DNA from: a virus
Virus record (IMG/VR): IMGVR_UViG_3300018080_005419
Reading direction: 5' to 3' (one strand)
Length of the DNA stretch: 64,000 nt
Position numbers and translations under genes: made by a program. The notes beneath the pieces are model-generated. The model saw only the letters and a list, made by a program, of their open reading frames with translations, was not told the origin of the DNA and did not search any database. Shown piece by piece: positions 63,416-64,000 of this stretch (position 1 is its first letter; each line of letters opens with the position of its first letter).

Positions 63416-64000
63416 TTATTCTATCGCTTTCCTGACAATCTTCTTTTTGGATAGATCTTCTTCGGAAATATCTTCCATTTCCTTGGTCTCTTCGGCAATT
63501 GAAGCAGGTTTTTCCTCTGTTTTTTCTGGTTCTTTGGTCCCTATTTCTTCTTTAAGTTTCGACACATCTTTTTCGGTTGGGCCTGACTTTTTCTTACCAT
63601 ATTTCGATTTTGTTGCCGATTTAAAGTGTTCTATTTCTTTTTCCATATATTCTTTATCTTTTTCGCTCATTCTTTCGTCATCTCTTTCTCTAATTGTTCC
63701 TGTTCCCTTATGAAATCTACAATAGAAAACAAATTTATTGCCGTCTCTATTTTTTGTAATTTTAACGCGCCAAGTTGTATTAAAACCTCCCTTATCGTCA
63801 CCTAAACCTTCTTCTCCAACAACGGATTCTAATTCTTTGATAGCCATGACAATATTTGCGGCACCACTTTTTTGTTTTGATCCGCGAACATTGTAAGCAC
63901 TCATATCATCCATTTCTACAGACGCAGTATCGGCCTGTGTTGCTGTTACTCCTGCTACTCGAAATTGCATACAGATATTTTTGAATTCGGCAACAGCTTT
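63416..64000 (-). CDS. dnaB: Replicative DnaB-like helicase, C-terminal part (5'-truncated by window edge)
   Basis: TATQA, GSKQKSGAANIVMAI, KITKNRDG; frame is open to position 64000. Confidence 0.75.
   Translation of the reverse strand, partial: KAVAEFKNICMQFRVAGVTATQADTASVEMDDMSAYNVRGSKQKSGAANIVMAIKELESVVGEEGLGDDKGGFNTTWRVKITKNRDGNKFVFYCRFHKGTGTIRERDDERMSEKDKEYMEKEIEHFKSATKSKYGKKKSGPTEKDVSKLKEEIGTKEPEKTEEKPASIAEETKEMEDISEEDLSKKKIVRKAIE

Noticed and set aside
1572-63713. Numerous overlapping antisense or alternative-frame ORFs in the track (e.g. 1572-2027, 2996-3340, 7280-7657, 50185-50691, 54878-55276, 62961-63377)
   Set aside because: They lie within well-supported genes, lack RBSs and have the F/L/S/I-rich composition expected of shadow frames in AT-rich DNA.
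1-64000. Genome-wide TAG reassignment (code 15-like)
   Set aside because: Coding density is high under code 11, conserved enzymes are uninterrupted, and several genes end in TAG right before terminators or next genes. In-frame TAGs that look functional were found only in the 14.3-14.8 kb module.
1-64000. CRISPR array, rRNA, additional tRNAs
   Set aside because: No regularly spaced direct repeats, rRNA-like sequence or second cloverleaf were seen by eye; a tRNAscan/CRISPR-finder run would be needed to exclude them formally.

Overview
AT-rich, gene-dense segment of a very large dsDNA bacteriophage (jumbo-phage-like; inferred from gene content and sigma70-type promoters, host not identifiable). 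Positions 1-36 kb are an accessory region, mostly on the + strand, broken repeatedly by antisense genes. Positions 36-64 kb are a mainly minus-strand replication/recombination cluster: Mre11/SbcD-like nuclease, split DnaE, 5'-3' exonuclease, RecA, putative SSB, split Ski2/Hel308-like helicase, sigma factor, primase, YhaM-like protein and the C-terminus of DnaB. An intact IS608-like IS200/IS605 element (2032-3734) interrupts a small wHTH gene. Highlights: (1) an amber module at 14.1-15.1 kb, with a canonical CUA-anticodon tRNA, a structured 5' leader RNA, a Pth2/PTRHD1-like gene with TAG at codon 3 (ATG-ACC-TAG), a second ORF with TAG at codon 3 followed by an RGPP arrest-like motif, and a downstream gene, in a genome that otherwise uses TAG as stop; (2) a ~25-aa peptide module (LxFxSxxEAIQYLxDLTGKxIxIA) present 13 times in 11 otherwise unrelated, mostly antisense genes, plus a related RIA leader class, suggesting a packaging/processing tag; (3) two replication enzymes fractured into two ORFs: DnaE, around an antisense gene and with a Hint-like tail, and the helicase, split inside motif V; (4) several candidate counter-defence enzymes (Apyc1-like MBL, 2H phosphoesterase, NADAR, DHH). 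All family assignments come from motif recognition by eye; no database searches were run.
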